A DNA stretch of 64,000 nucleotides from Patescibacteria group bacterium (GCA_028692765.1 JAQUWT010000001.1:15695-79694), one strand, 5' to 3'. Numbered from the stretch's first letter, positions 34,183 to 44,980 are shown. The notes: generated by a model not told the origin, from the letters alone. Numbers and translations are program-made.

Positions 34183-34758
34183 ATGAAAATTAAATTTTCC
34201 CGCCCGGTTCTTTATTTCGGGCTCATATTATTAGCTCTAGCCGCTGTCTTCTTACTTAATCGTTTTTGGCCATCGTCTCCGGGCGCGGAAAATAGCGCTG
34301 CTCCAATGATGCTGGATGAACAAACTCCGGGCGCAGGCGTTCCGGAAATGCTGCCGGAGTTTGCTCCGCCTGATGTTCCGTCGGAAAACGAGGTTTTTGT
34401 CGACCCGATGGCGCTCGAAGCGGGCGAAGCGGCAGTGGCTAATCCCGCTTCCGCTAATTGTGTAGAACAGGGAGGAGATGTCCATATTCAAAATCGCGGC
34501 GACGGCGGACAGTTCGGCCTTTGCTATTTCGAAGATAATAGAGCCTGCGAAGAATGGGCGCTGTTGCGGGGCGATTGCCCGGTAGGCGGCCGGCGGACCA
34601 CCGGTTATGATACCGAAGCACAAAAATATTGCGCTTGGCTAGGCGGCGAAGTTCTGGCGGAAACAGACGCAGTTTGTACTTTGCCGGACGGACGTCGCTG
34701 TTTGGCGGCTGATCTTTATCAGGGCTATGATTGTCCGGTAGCGGCTTCTCGAAATTAG
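34183..34758 (+). CDS. Secreted DUF333 domain protein (putative hemolysin-like)
   Basis: Signal anchor, then NPASANCVEQGG...GLCYFEDNRACEEWALLRGDCP matching the DUF333 cysteine pattern. Confidence 0.65.
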   Translation: MKIKFSRPVLYFGLILLALAAVFLLNRFWPSSPGAENSAAPMMLDEQTPGAGVPEMLPEFAPPDVPSENEVFVDPMALEAGEAAVANPASANCVEQGGDVHIQNRGDGGQFGLCYFEDNRACEEWALLRGDCPVGGRRTTGYDTEAQKYCAWLGGEVLAETDAVCTLPDGRRCLAADLYQGYDCPVAASRN

Positions 34759-34873
34759 GCGCGGGCATTTATTTGACTTATATTCTATTTTTGTGTTATA
34801 TTAAAGACAGGATATGCTTCTCCATCTTATTATTTTATAATCGTTGAAGTGGCTCTATAGCCGCTTATTTTTT

Positions 34874-36652
34874 ATGTCAAAGAATGAAATATCGTCTTCG
34901 GAAGCCAAGCTGGACTTTTCTGGTTTAGGAATCAAGGACTCAATTTTAAAAGTGATTGCCGATTTGGGGTTGAGTACTCCCACCCCCATTCAGCATCAAG
35001 CCATTCCTGCGGCTTTAAGCGGGGAAGATATTGTCGGGATTGCCCAGACGGGTACCGGCAAGACTTTTGCGTTTGGCATCCCCATGCTTCAGCGCCTGGC
35101 GACAGTGAAGGGGCGCGGTCTGATTTTATTGCCGACGCGTGAATTAGCCGGACAAGTGGAAAATAGTCTGCGCAGCTTGGGCGGACCTCTGGGCTTGCGG
35201 ACCGCCGCTTTAATCGGCGGCGAAGCTATCGGCCGCCAGTTAAATGCTTTGCGCCGTCGCCCTCATATTTTAGTGGCGACGCCAGGGCGCTTAATCGATC
35301 ACCTTAAGCGCGGTTCTGTCCGCTTGGATGATATTTCCGTTTTAGTTTTGGATGAAGCGGATATGATGTTTGATATGGGTTTTGCTCCGCAGATTGAAGA
35401 AGTTCTCAAAAAAGTTCCCGCCAATCGCCAGACCCTTTTGTTTTCCGCCACCATGCCGGCGGCGGTGATGAAATTAGCGGAAAAGCACTTGCGGGCGCCG
35501 GTCAGGATTGAGGTTTCTCCTGCCGGGACGACGGCCGAATTGGTTGAACAGGAAATGCTGCTTTTGCCTCGCGATAGCCGCCTTGAACAATTGCTGCTGC
35601 TATTAAAAGATTACAAGAATTCAGTTTTAATTTTTGTCCGTACTAAGCACGGCGCTTCTAAATTGGCTAAGAAGCTGCAGGCGGAGAAGTATCAGGCAGC
35701 GGAAATCCATTCCAATCTTTCTTTCCCGCAAAGACAGGCGGCTTTAGCCGGTTTCCGCAGCGGCCAGCACCGTATTTTAGTGGCTACCGATGTAGCGGCG
35801 CGGGGCTTGGATATAAACGGTATTGAATTGGTAGTTAATTTTGATTTGCCCGATAATTCTGAGGATTATGTGCACCGTATCGGCCGGACCGCCAGAGCGG
35901 GCAGAAAGGGAAAAGCGGTTTCTTTTGTCGCCCCCGATCAAATCAGGGAAATCCAGAAAATTGAACGTCTTATCCGCCAGACCTTGCCCGTACGCCGGAT
36001 TGGCGCTGTGTCCGCCAAGAATCGCGGCCCGGTAGATAGGCCCGCCTCTTACAAGGCCAAGGAAAAATTAAGAGAGGGTACAAAATTTGTACAGACGCGC
36101 CCCCGCCGGTCTATTAATGGGCGTCCGGCGGCCAGAGAAAAATATGAAAGTCTCGGTTTTAGCAAGCGCTCGGAAAATATTGATGTAACCTCTACTCCCG
36201 ACTATTTGCAGCCGCGTCTTAGGAAAAATGGCAGAAATGCCGCCAAACGCCAGCCTTCTTTTGGACCTTCATCAGACTTCTCTAAGAAAAATGATAAAAG
36301 AAAAGTGCCACGTGCAGGGCGCGAGAATAGAATTTCTACCAAGGATGGGCACTATGAATCAATTCCTCCGATTGTCAACCCGACTTTTGAAGGCGGCAAT
36401 CGCTATGCCTTCCGTCGCGCCATGTATCTTTTAAAAGAAGAAGCCAAGGGTCGTCCTGTCAAAAGAAAAACATCTTCTTCCAAGCCTGAGCGCGAGAGCT
36501 TAAATACGGTTGGCCGCCATCCCCTTCAAGTCGGTGTGCGCGCTTCCGGATTTAAGATTTTCAAGGGAGCCAGCGATTCGGCTCCGCGTGCCGAGTCGGG
36601 CCGTTCGGCTTTTAAAGCAAAAACTTTTAAGCCGCGCTTTAAACGAAAATAA
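34874..36652 (+). CDS. DEAD-box ATP-dependent RNA helicase with a long basic RG/K-rich C-terminal extension
   Basis: Q-motif, AQTGTGKT, DEAD (LDEADMMFDMGF), SAT, HRIGRTAR. The ORF-track start at 34844 is a TTG; the ATG at 34874 is preferred. Confidence 0.9.
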   Translation: MSKNEISSSEAKLDFSGLGIKDSILKVIADLGLSTPTPIQHQAIPAALSGEDIVGIAQTGTGKTFAFGIPMLQRLATVKGRGLILLPTRELAGQVENSLRSLGGPLGLRTAALIGGEAIGRQLNALRRRPHILVATPGRLIDHLKRGSVRLDDISVLVLDEADMMFDMGFAPQIEEVLKKVPANRQTLLFSATMPAAVMKLAEKHLRAPVRIEVSPAGTTAELVEQEMLLLPRDSRLEQLLLLLKDYKNSVLIFVRTKHGASKLAKKLQAEKYQAAEIHSNLSFPQRQAALAGFRSGQHRILVATDVAARGLDINGIELVVNFDLPDNSEDYVHRIGRTARAGRKGKAVSFVAPDQIREIQKIERLIRQTLPVRRIGAVSAKNRGPVDRPASYKAKEKLREGTKFVQTRPRRSINGRPAAREKYESLGFSKRSENIDVTSTPDYLQPRLRKNGRNAAKRQPSFGPSSDFSKKNDKRKVPRAGRENRISTKDGHYESIPPIVNPTFEGGNRYAFRRAMYLLKEEAKGRPVKRKTSSSKPERESLNTVGRHPLQVGVRASGFKIFKGASDSAPRAESGRSAFKAKTFKPRFKRK

Positions 36653-36662
36653 ATTATGAGCA

Positions 36663-36691
36663 AGCCGCCGCTTTTAAAGCGGCGGCTTTTA
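36663..36691 (+). terminator. Rho-independent terminator
   Basis: agccgccgc-ttttaaa-gcggcggct followed by ttt. Confidence 0.75.
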
Positions 36692-36750
36692 TATTAGCTT
36701 GATTAAAAATAATGTTTTATAATATGAATATTGAGTTATAATAATTTTTT

Positions 36751-37623
36751 ATGTCAATTTCCTTATTTTCATTTCCTATTGCCAAGAATATGAAGCTAAA
36801 TGGTGTTTGGCTGGGAACAGCCAAGCCGGAAACGCTCTATATATTTATCCATGGGCTTGGCGGCAGCGTTTTTTCCCGGTCGCCTTTAACGACTCGTTTG
36901 GCTTCCGGGCGAGAGGCGGTTTTAGCTTTCAATAATCGCGGTTCCGGTACGATTAATTATTTAAAACAGGGGCGAGGCAAAAGTAAAAAATATTTTCCCG
37001 CCGGCGTAGCGCATGAAGTGTTTAGTGAGTGCCTGGATGATATCGACGGCGCCGTCGCTTATGCTCGCGCGCAAGGAGTGAAGCGGATTTTCTTGCTCGG
37101 CCATTCTACCGGTTGCCAGAAAAGCATTTATTATTTGGCCAAGCGTCCGAAAACAGCGGTTAGGGGAGCAGTTTTATTGGCGCCAATCAGCGATTACGCC
37201 GATGTTTTAAAGCCGGAAATGAAGCAAAAATACGGGCGTGCTTTAGCTATTGCCAAGCGCTTGAAAGCGCGCGGGCGTTTTCATGATTTATTGCCGGCGT
37301 CTGTTTGGCCGGCGCCTCTTGATGCCCAGCGTTTTCTCAGTTTATATACCCTTGAGAGTGCGGAAGAAATTTTTACTTATGCTTCCGGCAAGGAGCCGAG
37401 AACCTTGTTGGCTGTAAAGAAGCCGATATTAAGCCTCCTGGCCGAAGACGATGAATTTGCCGACCGTCCGGCATTAGAGATAAAAATGTGGTTTGATAAG
37501 AAATTAGCGGCCGGCAACAAGCGTAATCAAAGCGCCGTTATTAAAGGCGTAAGCCATGGCTTTGAAGGCGGGGAGAAAGAAGCCGCCGCTTTGATTCGTC
37601 TTTGGGCAAAAAGCGTTAAATGA
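36751..37623 (+). CDS. Alpha/beta hydrolase fold protein
   Basis: GHSTG nucleophile elbow (GxSxG), HGLGG oxyanion region, C-terminal His (SHGF). Confidence 0.7.
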   Translation: MSISLFSFPIAKNMKLNGVWLGTAKPETLYIFIHGLGGSVFSRSPLTTRLASGREAVLAFNNRGSGTINYLKQGRGKSKKYFPAGVAHEVFSECLDDIDGAVAYARAQGVKRIFLLGHSTGCQKSIYYLAKRPKTAVRGAVLLAPISDYADVLKPEMKQKYGRALAIAKRLKARGRFHDLLPASVWPAPLDAQRFLSLYTLESAEEIFTYASGKEPRTLLAVKKPILSLLAEDDEFADRPALEIKMWFDKKLAAGNKRNQSAVIKGVSHGFEGGEKEAAALIRLWAKSVK

Positions 37624-37645
37624 TTTAATTTTTCATATTGCCGCC

Positions 37646-38188
37646 ATGGATTCTGGAAATTTTGAAATACAAGTGGTGTTTAAAAGAGTGCGCCGTTCCC
37701 GGCATTTGCGCCTTAGTTTCGGGGCCGATGGACGTGTCTTATTAACCCGTCCTTTTTGGGTTTCTGAAAAAGTCGCGCGTGAATTTTTAAAATCTAAAGA
37801 AGCGTGGCTGCGGGAGCAATGGCAGAGATTACAGCTTAGTGAGGATAATTATTTCCGTCGTGGTGGAAGAGAAGATTATCTTAAACACAAGGAGAAAGCT
37901 CGTATTCTAGCGAGGGAGAGGTTGTCGTATTTTAATCAGTTTTATAATTTTAAGTTTAGCCGTGTAAGCATTCGCAATCAGCGCAGTCGCTGGGGCAGTT
38001 GTTCAAAAAGCGGAGGACTCAATTTTAATTATCGGATAATTTTTTTACCCCCTGATTTGGCCGATTATCTAATTGTCCATGAGCTCTGTCATTTGGGCGA
38101 ACTTAATCATAGTCTAGCTTTCTGGCGCTTAGTCGCCCAGACTATTCCCGATTATGAAAGTCGTCGCCGTTTGTTGCGGAAATTGTAG
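37646..38188 (+). CDS. YgjP-like (DUF45/M48-related) metal-dependent hydrolase
   Basis: WGSCSKSGGLNFNYRIIFLPPDLADYLIVHELCHLGELNHS carries the HEXXH zinc motif embedded in the DUF45 signature. Confidence 0.85.
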   Translation: MDSGNFEIQVVFKRVRRSRHLRLSFGADGRVLLTRPFWVSEKVAREFLKSKEAWLREQWQRLQLSEDNYFRRGGREDYLKHKEKARILARERLSYFNQFYNFKFSRVSIRNQRSRWGSCSKSGGLNFNYRIIFLPPDLADYLIVHELCHLGELNHSLAFWRLVAQTIPDYESRRRLLRKL

Positions 38189-38234
38189 ATTATTTAGCAT
38201 TATTTTTTTGCTTAATATCACTTGTTTAATAAAA

Positions 38235-38264
38235 AAGCCCGTCTTTATTTAAGGCGGGCTTTTG
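38235..38264. terminator. Bidirectional hairpin terminator between convergent genes
   Basis: aagcccg-tctttatttaagg-cgggctt with T-runs on both strands. Confidence 0.6.
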
Positions 38265-38281
38265 CGAAATTTTATTTATCT

Positions 38282-38947
38282 TCAATCTTCGAGACTGTCG
38301 ATAAGATCAATTTCGCTTTTTATTTTTTTTTCAATAATTTGCAAGATTCGATTTTCTTCGGCGTGAATCTTTATCTTTATAGATCCGCGCAATCTATCTG
38401 CGTAATCTCCCCAGCCGATTGCTTTGATGTGTCCCAATAATTCTCGGACATTATCGCCAATGATAGCGTCAAAGCTAGGTTGGCGCTCAGAGTCAAATAT
38501 AGCTAAGAATAAAAATGGTTTCAGCACGTAGGAGAAATTTTCTTTCTCCAGAAATTTGTTAAGCTTGTCCATAGTTTTTTGGTCTTTATGATAATACTGG
38601 AGCAAGGCGGCAATGCGCTGGCTAATGGCTTCATGTTGATGTTGGAAATTCTTTATTTTTTTCTCGCCTTTTAGCAGTTCATCTTTTCTCCGCTTTAAAC
38701 AGCGGTTGTAGTATCTGCTCGATATTAAGAAAAAAAATCGAGCGAATAGAATGATGCTTACCAAAAACAATATTGAACAGATTATAAGGTTAGGAATCTG
38801 ATTGTTTGTTAGAAGCGGCTTCGGGCGCAGAGTTAGCCACCCTATAACCAGCATTAGGATAAAGGCGGTCAAAACCGCGCTAGCTCCGATTCGTGTCGTT
38901 GTAGACAGATTGTCTGTCGTCTTTTTAATATAATCAGCTTTTTTCAT
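38282..38947 (-). CDS. Hypothetical membrane protein (two N-terminal TM helices, charged coiled C-terminal region)
   Basis: Clean ORF, no family recognised. Confidence 0.5.
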   Translation of the reverse strand: MKKADYIKKTTDNLSTTTRIGASAVLTAFILMLVIGWLTLRPKPLLTNNQIPNLIICSILFLVSIILFARFFFLISSRYYNRCLKRRKDELLKGEKKIKNFQHQHEAISQRIAALLQYYHKDQKTMDKLNKFLEKENFSYVLKPFLFLAIFDSERQPSFDAIIGDNVRELLGHIKAIGWGDYADRLRGSIKIKIHAEENRILQIIEKKIKSEIDLIDSLED

Positions 38948-39094
38948 GGGTATTAAATTTTAAAGAAAGTTTGTGTAATGATTAACATTGTACTTTATAA
39001 TTTTTTTTATTTTATGTCAACTTTCCTTTTCTTATTCAGTGTTTTTCTGCTATACTAACAGTAGATTAAAAATTATTTCTATTCTGATTATTTT

Positions 39095-41029
39095 ATGAAA
39101 AAAGCAAAAAAATGGCTTTGGATAGTGTTAACTTTAGTGGTATTAATTGCTTTGCTCTGGTGGTGGTTGTCTAAACGCAATCAGGCGCCTGCCTATTCGA
39201 CGGTGACAGTTACTTCCGGATCACTGGTACAAACGGTCAGTGAGACCGGTACGCTTAAGCCGGTGAAAGAAGTAGCTCTCAATTTTCTGTCTTCCGGCCG
39301 GATAAAATCTATTGCCGTGAAAGTCGGCGATAAGGTTAGTGCCGGCACTGTCTTGGCTTCTCTTGATGACAGCACGTTGCAGACAAAAAAATTGGAGGCG
39401 GAAGCGGGTTTGCAGATAGCGCAAGCTTCTTTATCCAAGACCTTAGCTGGAGCCAGCAGCCAGACGGTAGCGATTAGCCGTTCTACCGTCAATCAAGCTC
39501 AGGCCAGCGTCGATGCCGCCAAAATTGATTTAGATAAGACCCGCCAGAATGTGGCGGAAAATATCCGCCAGGCAGAAAAAACTTTAGCTGATTTAGAGTC
39601 GGATTCCAGCACTACTTTGACTCCGGCCGAACAGGCGGTGGCGACCGCGCAAACCGCTTTGGATAATGCCCAGAAGACCGGCAAAAAGAATGTCGATAAT
39701 GCCCGTAATTCCGCGCTGTTATCAATGAGCGATAAGATATTAAGCGCCCAAATCGCTTTAGATAATATTAATACAATTTTGGAAGATGATGATGCCAAGC
39801 CGGTTTTAAGCGTCAAGAACAGTTCGCTCTTGGCTAAAACCCGCGATTCCCGTCTTGATGCTTTGGCTTTGATTTCTCCCGCCAGCCAAGCTGTCGATTC
39901 GGCCAAATCGCTGATGAGCGAAGCGGCCGTCAGCAGTGCCGGCAATGCTGTTTTGGCACTTTTGTTACAAGCAGACCAAGCTTTGGATTATGCTTATTCA
40001 ATGCTGGAAGCCACCATTACCAGCGTTGATTTTTCTCAGACTAAATTAGATTCATATAAGAGCTTGATTAGCAGTCAGTCTTCCCAAATTAATGCGGCCA
40101 GTACTGGTATTGAAAATTCTATTCAAGCTTTTCATAATGCTTTGCTCAACCAAGAAACTTCGGTGGCAGCCGCCCAAGATAATTTGAATCAAGCACAGTC
40201 TTCTTTAAGTAATGCTATTTTGGCCGCTAGAAATAATCTAAGCACTTTGAAATTAAGCGGCGATCAGCAGATTACCTCCGCTCAAGCACGTTTAGATAGC
40301 GCTAATCAGAGCTTGGCTTTAGCGCAGGCTCAGCTTAACAATACGGTGGCGCCGGCCAGAACGCAGGATGTCGCTTTAGCGCAGGCTCAAGTCAGCCAGG
40401 CTCAAGCCAGTGTGGCGGGCATTGAACAGCAGATTAGCGATATGATTTTATCCGCTCCTTTAGACGGTGTCGTCACTGCCGTTAATTATGAAGTCGGGGA
40501 GCAGTTCGGCGCCGGTGGCAAGGCGATGATGACAATCTTGGTCAACAATAGCTTTAACGTCGAAGTAGATATCGCTGAATCGAATATTAGTAAAGTGAAG
40601 ATTGGCGACGAAGTTGATATCACTTTCGATGCTTTTCCCGATGATTTTATCTTAAAAGGCAAAGTCAGCTTCATCGAGCCGGCCCAGACCCTTATCCAGG
40701 ATGTAGTTTACTATAAAGTCAAGATTGATTTCTTGAATTTAGGCGAAACTATGAGTCAAGTGGAAGCGCGGTCTTTATCTCTTAAGGCCGGCATGACCGC
40801 CAATATTATCATCACCACTGATAAGCGCAACGAAGTCGTGCAAGTGCCGGCTCGAGCCATCATTGAGCAAGATGGGCAGAAAATCGTACGCTTATTAATT
40901 AACGGCACGGCACAAGACCAAGCGGTAGAGACCGGCATCCGCGGCGACGAGGGCATGGTAGAGATTATCAGCGGTTTAAAGCCAGGCGATACGGTTATTA
41001 CTTTTGTGAAAACTACCGCCTCTAATTAA
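39095..41029 (+). CDS. HlyD-family periplasmic adaptor/membrane fusion protein (MacA-like) with a very long coiled coil
   Basis: N-terminal TM anchor, biotinyl/lipoyl-like hairpin halves (GTLKPVKEVALNF..., ...DGVVTAVNYEVGE), about 350 aa of A/Q/S-rich coiled coil, and a C-terminal beta-barrel. Confidence 0.8.
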   Translation: MKKAKKWLWIVLTLVVLIALLWWWLSKRNQAPAYSTVTVTSGSLVQTVSETGTLKPVKEVALNFLSSGRIKSIAVKVGDKVSAGTVLASLDDSTLQTKKLEAEAGLQIAQASLSKTLAGASSQTVAISRSTVNQAQASVDAAKIDLDKTRQNVAENIRQAEKTLADLESDSSTTLTPAEQAVATAQTALDNAQKTGKKNVDNARNSALLSMSDKILSAQIALDNINTILEDDDAKPVLSVKNSSLLAKTRDSRLDALALISPASQAVDSAKSLMSEAAVSSAGNAVLALLLQADQALDYAYSMLEATITSVDFSQTKLDSYKSLISSQSSQINAASTGIENSIQAFHNALLNQETSVAAAQDNLNQAQSSLSNAILAARNNLSTLKLSGDQQITSAQARLDSANQSLALAQAQLNNTVAPARTQDVALAQAQVSQAQASVAGIEQQISDMILSAPLDGVVTAVNYEVGEQFGAGGKAMMTILVNNSFNVEVDIAESNISKVKIGDEVDITFDAFPDDFILKGKVSFIEPAQTLIQDVVYYKVKIDFLNLGETMSQVEARSLSLKAGMTANIIITTDKRNEVVQVPARAIIEQDGQKIVRLLINGTAQDQAVETGIRGDEGMVEIISGLKPGDTVITFVKTTASN

Positions 41030-41037
41030 TCGGCAAT

Positions 41038-41760
41038 ATGGCTAAAGTTTTATTAGACATCAAGAATCTTGCCAAAACTTATGTCAGCGGCGATTTGGTG
41101 ACCGAGGTTTTAAAAGACATCAATTTTCAGGTGGAAGCCGGAGAATTCGTATCGATTATGGGTCCATCCGGTTCCGGCAAGTCGACCTTGATGCATATTT
41201 TGGGTCTCCTTGAGCGCGCCAGCGGCGGCATTTATAATTTTGCCGGCAAGGATATCGGCGCTTTAAACGATGAAGAATTGGCTCATTTGCGCAATCGGGA
41301 AATCGGTTTCGTTTTTCAAGCTTTTAATCTTTTGGCCCGCACTAGCGTGCTGGACAATGTCAAATTGCCTTTGATTTATTCCGACAATAAAAAAAAGATG
41401 GATGAGCGGGCGCGTAAGGTTTTAAAGAGCGTCGGCCTTGACCATCGTTTGTCTTATTTTACCAATCAGATTTCCGGCGGCGAAAAGCAGCGCGTGGCGA
41501 TTGCCCGCGCTTTAGTTAATAATCCGGCTCTTATTTTTGCCGATGAGCCAACCGGCAATCTTGATTCCAAATCGGGCGTGCAGGTAATGCAGATTCTGCA
41601 GAAATTGAATGCGGAGGGAAGGACTATTATCTTGGTGACGCACGAGACTTTTACGGCCGAGCATGCCCAGCGCATCATCCAAGTCCATGACGGGCGGATT
41701 GTCAGCGATAAGGCCGTGAAGAACCGGCGTTTTGCCAAAGACGGCGAATTATTGAAGTAA
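41038..41760 (+). CDS. ABC transporter ATP-binding protein (MacB/LolD family)
   Basis: GPSGSGKST, LSGGEKQRVAIARAL, IFADEPTGNLD. Confidence 0.9.
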   Translation: MAKVLLDIKNLAKTYVSGDLVTEVLKDINFQVEAGEFVSIMGPSGSGKSTLMHILGLLERASGGIYNFAGKDIGALNDEELAHLRNREIGFVFQAFNLLARTSVLDNVKLPLIYSDNKKKMDERARKVLKSVGLDHRLSYFTNQISGGEKQRVAIARALVNNPALIFADEPTGNLDSKSGVQVMQILQKLNAEGRTIILVTHETFTAEHAQRIIQVHDGRIVSDKAVKNRRFAKDGELLK

Positions 41761-41764
41761 AAAT

Positions 41765-43012
41765 ATGTGGGAAAATTTCCGCCAGATGATGAGCCTAGTT
41801 TTCCGAGCCTTGTTGAGCAATAAGACTCGGAGTTTTTTAACGATGCTCGGCATTATTATCGGCGTCGGCGCGGTGGTGCTTATCATGTCTTTGGGAGCGG
41901 GAGCACAGTCTTTGATTTTGGGTCAATTGGAAGGATTTGGCAGTGATTTAGTCGGTGTTTTGCCGGGGCAATCGGACGCCAAAGGGCCGCCGGCTTCCGT
42001 TTTCGGCGTCAAGGTAACCAGTTTGAAATTAAGCGACGCCGAAGCTTTTCGCGATGAAAAAAATGTGCCTCATTTAACGGCAGTAGTATCGTATTATCAA
42101 ACCAGTGTTTCTTTGTCTTGGCGCGATCAGAACTATGATACGACTCTGCAGGGAATCGACGGCGATTATTTGGCGGTTGACGGAGGCGAGGTGGCGGCCG
42201 GACGTTTTCTCAGTAAAGAAGAGATGTCGGCCGATTTGCGCTTGGCCGTGCTTGGCAGTACGGTTGCGACCGAACTTTTCGGCGGCAATGACCCCATCGG
42301 CCAGAAGATAAAAATAAAAAATCAAAGCGCGACTGTTATCGGCGTAATGAAGGAAAGGGGGCAGGTTGGTTTTTCCAACTATGATGATTTGATTTTTGCG
42401 CCCTTATCTTTTGCGCAAAAAGAAATTGCCGGCGTCAATTATTTAAGCATGGTTCGGGCCAAGGTGAATAATGTAGAAAACATCGACGAAAGCATGGAAG
42501 CAATCCGCCAGACTTTGCGCGAGCGCCATGATATCGATAATCCGGAAGATGACGATTTTTCCGTCCGCAGCTTCCGCGATGCTTTAGATTTGGTTACCAG
42601 CATTACCGATGCTTTGCGTTATTTTTTGGCGGCGATGGCCGCTTTGTCTCTGTTGGTCGGCGGTATTGGTATTATGAATATAATGCTTGTGAGCGTCACC
42701 GAAAGGACCAGGGAAATCGGTTTGCGCAAAGCCCTGGGAGCGACCAATAGCCAGGTACTGAGCCAATTTTTATTCGAAGCCATCGCCTTGACTTTAATTG
42801 GCGGCTTAATCGGTTTGTTGGCCGGGGTTTTGCTTTCTTATTTGGTGGCGCTTGTTGTCCGCTCTCTCGGCTATCGCTGGGATTTTGTCGTTTCTTTGTC
42901 TTCAATCTTGTTAGCGGTCGGACTATCCACTTTTATCGGCATGATTTTCGGCTATTATCCCGCTCGCCGCGCCAGCCGTTTGAGTCCGATTGAAGCTTTG
43001 CGCTATGAATAA
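41765..43012 (+). CDS. ABC transporter permease (MacB/FtsX-like, 4 TM with a large periplasmic domain)
   Basis: N-terminal TM, ~230-aa extracytoplasmic domain, three C-terminal TMs with the conserved TERTREIGLRKALGA motif. Confidence 0.85.
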   Translation: MWENFRQMMSLVFRALLSNKTRSFLTMLGIIIGVGAVVLIMSLGAGAQSLILGQLEGFGSDLVGVLPGQSDAKGPPASVFGVKVTSLKLSDAEAFRDEKNVPHLTAVVSYYQTSVSLSWRDQNYDTTLQGIDGDYLAVDGGEVAAGRFLSKEEMSADLRLAVLGSTVATELFGGNDPIGQKIKIKNQSATVIGVMKERGQVGFSNYDDLIFAPLSFAQKEIAGVNYLSMVRAKVNNVENIDESMEAIRQTLRERHDIDNPEDDDFSVRSFRDALDLVTSITDALRYFLAAMAALSLLVGGIGIMNIMLVSVTERTREIGLRKALGATNSQVLSQFLFEAIALTLIGGLIGLLAGVLLSYLVALVVRSLGYRWDFVVSLSSILLAVGLSTFIGMIFGYYPARRASRLSPIEALRYE

Positions 43013-43015
43013 AGT

Positions 43016-44242
43016 ATGAGAATAATTATCGCCTTCCAACTCGCTTTGCGCGCCTTGCGTCTCAATCTGGTCCGTACCAGTTTGACGGTTTTGGGCGTGG
43101 TCATCGGCGTCGCCGCCATCATTATCGTTTTTTCGGCCGGCGACGGCATCAGCCGTCTTGTGTCCGGGGAAATAGAATCTTACGGTACTAATGTTGTGCA
43201 AACGGAAGTGAAGACGCCGGGAAAAAATAGCGCCAGTTCGGCCGAGGTTACCACTTTGAAATTGGCGGATATGGAAGCGATTAATAAGCTGGATAATGTT
43301 GTGAACAGCTACGCCGCCTCTTTGGGCCAGCAGAAAATGTCCTATGGCTCGGAAAGCAAGAAAGGATTTGTCTTCGGAGTGAGCGCTCCTTATGCGCAGA
43401 TAGATACCAAAACCAAATTGGCAGCCGGTTCTTTCTTTACGGAAGAAGACGACCGTAGCCAGGCGATGGTGGCGGTTTTGGGCGCGACTTTAAAAGAGAC
43501 TTTATTCGGCGAGCAGGAAGCTGTCGGCAACTTCATTAAAATCGGAACAAAAAAATTCCAGGTTATCGGGGTACTGGCGGAACAGGGAGGGAGCGTGACT
43601 TTCTTAAATTTTGACGAGATGGCCTATATTCCCATCAAGACTCTGCATAAGCGTATTCTCGGTATAGATTACGCGATGTATTTTATGCATCAATTGCGCG
43701 ATGTTAGCCGAGCCGAGGAAACGGCTGATGAAATCCGTTCTTTATTGCGGGAGCGCCATGAAATTAGCGACCCGGATAAAGACGATTTCCGCGTTTCCAC
43801 AATGGCGGAAATGCTTGATACACTCGGCACCGTCACCGATGCCGTTACTTATCTCTTGCTGGCCATCGTGCTTATCTCTCTTTTGGTCGGCGGCGTCGGC
43901 ATCATGAATATAATGTATGTGACCGTGACCGAAAGGACGCCGGAAATTGGTTTACGCAAAGCGATGGGAGCGACCGCTAAAGATGTAGCCTGGCAGTTCT
44001 TAATTGAATCTTTGCTCATTACTTTCTGGGGCTGGTTGCTGGGTACGGTACTGGGCATCTTGGCCGCTTATGGCCTCAGCCTACTGGCCCAGGCTTTTAA
44101 TCTTAATTGGCATTTTCTTTTTCCTTGGCAGGGAATAATTTTTTCTTTATTTTTTTCCCTTATTTGCGGCTTGCTTTTTGGCTACCGTCCGGCTAAGCAG
44201 GCAGCCAAGCTTGACCCGGTGTCGGCTTTGCGGGTTGAATAA
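43016..44242 (+). CDS. ABC transporter permease (MacB/FtsX-like), second paralog
   Basis: Same architecture as the preceding permease; motif TERTPEIGLRKAMGA. Confidence 0.85.
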   Translation: MRIIIAFQLALRALRLNLVRTSLTVLGVVIGVAAIIIVFSAGDGISRLVSGEIESYGTNVVQTEVKTPGKNSASSAEVTTLKLADMEAINKLDNVVNSYAASLGQQKMSYGSESKKGFVFGVSAPYAQIDTKTKLAAGSFFTEEDDRSQAMVAVLGATLKETLFGEQEAVGNFIKIGTKKFQVIGVLAEQGGSVTFLNFDEMAYIPIKTLHKRILGIDYAMYFMHQLRDVSRAEETADEIRSLLRERHEISDPDKDDFRVSTMAEMLDTLGTVTDAVTYLLLAIVLISLLVGGVGIMNIMYVTVTERTPEIGLRKAMGATAKDVAWQFLIESLLITFWGWLLGTVLGILAAYGLSLLAQAFNLNWHFLFPWQGIIFSLFFSLICGLLFGYRPAKQAAKLDPVSALRVE

Positions 44243-44413
44243 TTGGATTTTAATTATTAGATTATTATTTAAAAATTTAGTTATCAATTGAAGCTTATAT
44301 TTATTTACATTGACAATGATATTGTAATATAGTATTATAGTTAGTTATTTATAGAATTATGTTCTTTTATAATTTGCAAGTAAGATTAATTACCACCTAA
44401 AAACCACATTAAG

Positions 44414-44980
44414 ATGTCAAGTAAAAAATACAGAAAAAGTTTAAAGCGTCATTATTACGCTATTAATAATAGCTGGGAAAATGAACAAAAAGTTAAGCGG
44501 TTTATCGAGAAAGAACTGCCAGATTTTTCAGTTACTTTTCCCGAAATTAAATCTCTACCGATTAAATTGGGTAAATTATTTTTTGCAACCATAAAAATAG
44601 GATATGATCATGCGCAGACTCAAAGATTATGTTATGCAACGATTCCAATACCCATGGGGACGGAAATTTCATTTAATCATGAATTTGCAAAATTAAAAAT
44701 TAATAAGAAGCAAAGATTGATTACAGCCCCACCGGTAGGTAGTAAATTGTTGGTCACCCCGGTTTTTATGGTTTTTTATCCAATGAATTTTTTGGGGTCT
44801 ACAATGTGCCCCATGAAACAATTTAATTGGTATGGAAGGGAAAAAATTATTGTGTCCGAAATATCAGCATGCCCACCAAATATTTGCGACCGGATTTATA
44901 CGCCGGTTTGTTTACCAGAAAATATGATAATTGCGGGGAATCTGATTGGCAGGGAATTGGATGGGATAGACTGTTTGTAA
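44414..44980 (+). CDS. Hypothetical protein (188 aa), Cys-containing, AT-rich orphan gene flanked by long AT-rich spacers
   Basis: Candidate promoter ttgaca-17-tataat at ~44311-44339. No recognisable domain. Confidence 0.4.
   Translation: MSSKKYRKSLKRHYYAINNSWENEQKVKRFIEKELPDFSVTFPEIKSLPIKLGKLFFATIKIGYDHAQTQRLCYATIPIPMGTEISFNHEFAKLKINKKQRLITAPPVGSKLLVTPVFMVFYPMNFLGSTMCPMKQFNWYGREKIIVSEISACPPNICDRIYTPVCLPENMIIAGNLIGRELDGIDCL

Noticed and set aside
39193-39945. Minus-strand ORFs of 67-148 aa
   Set aside because: They are antisense to the HlyD adaptor gene. The A/S/L-rich translations mirror the coiled-coil codons.
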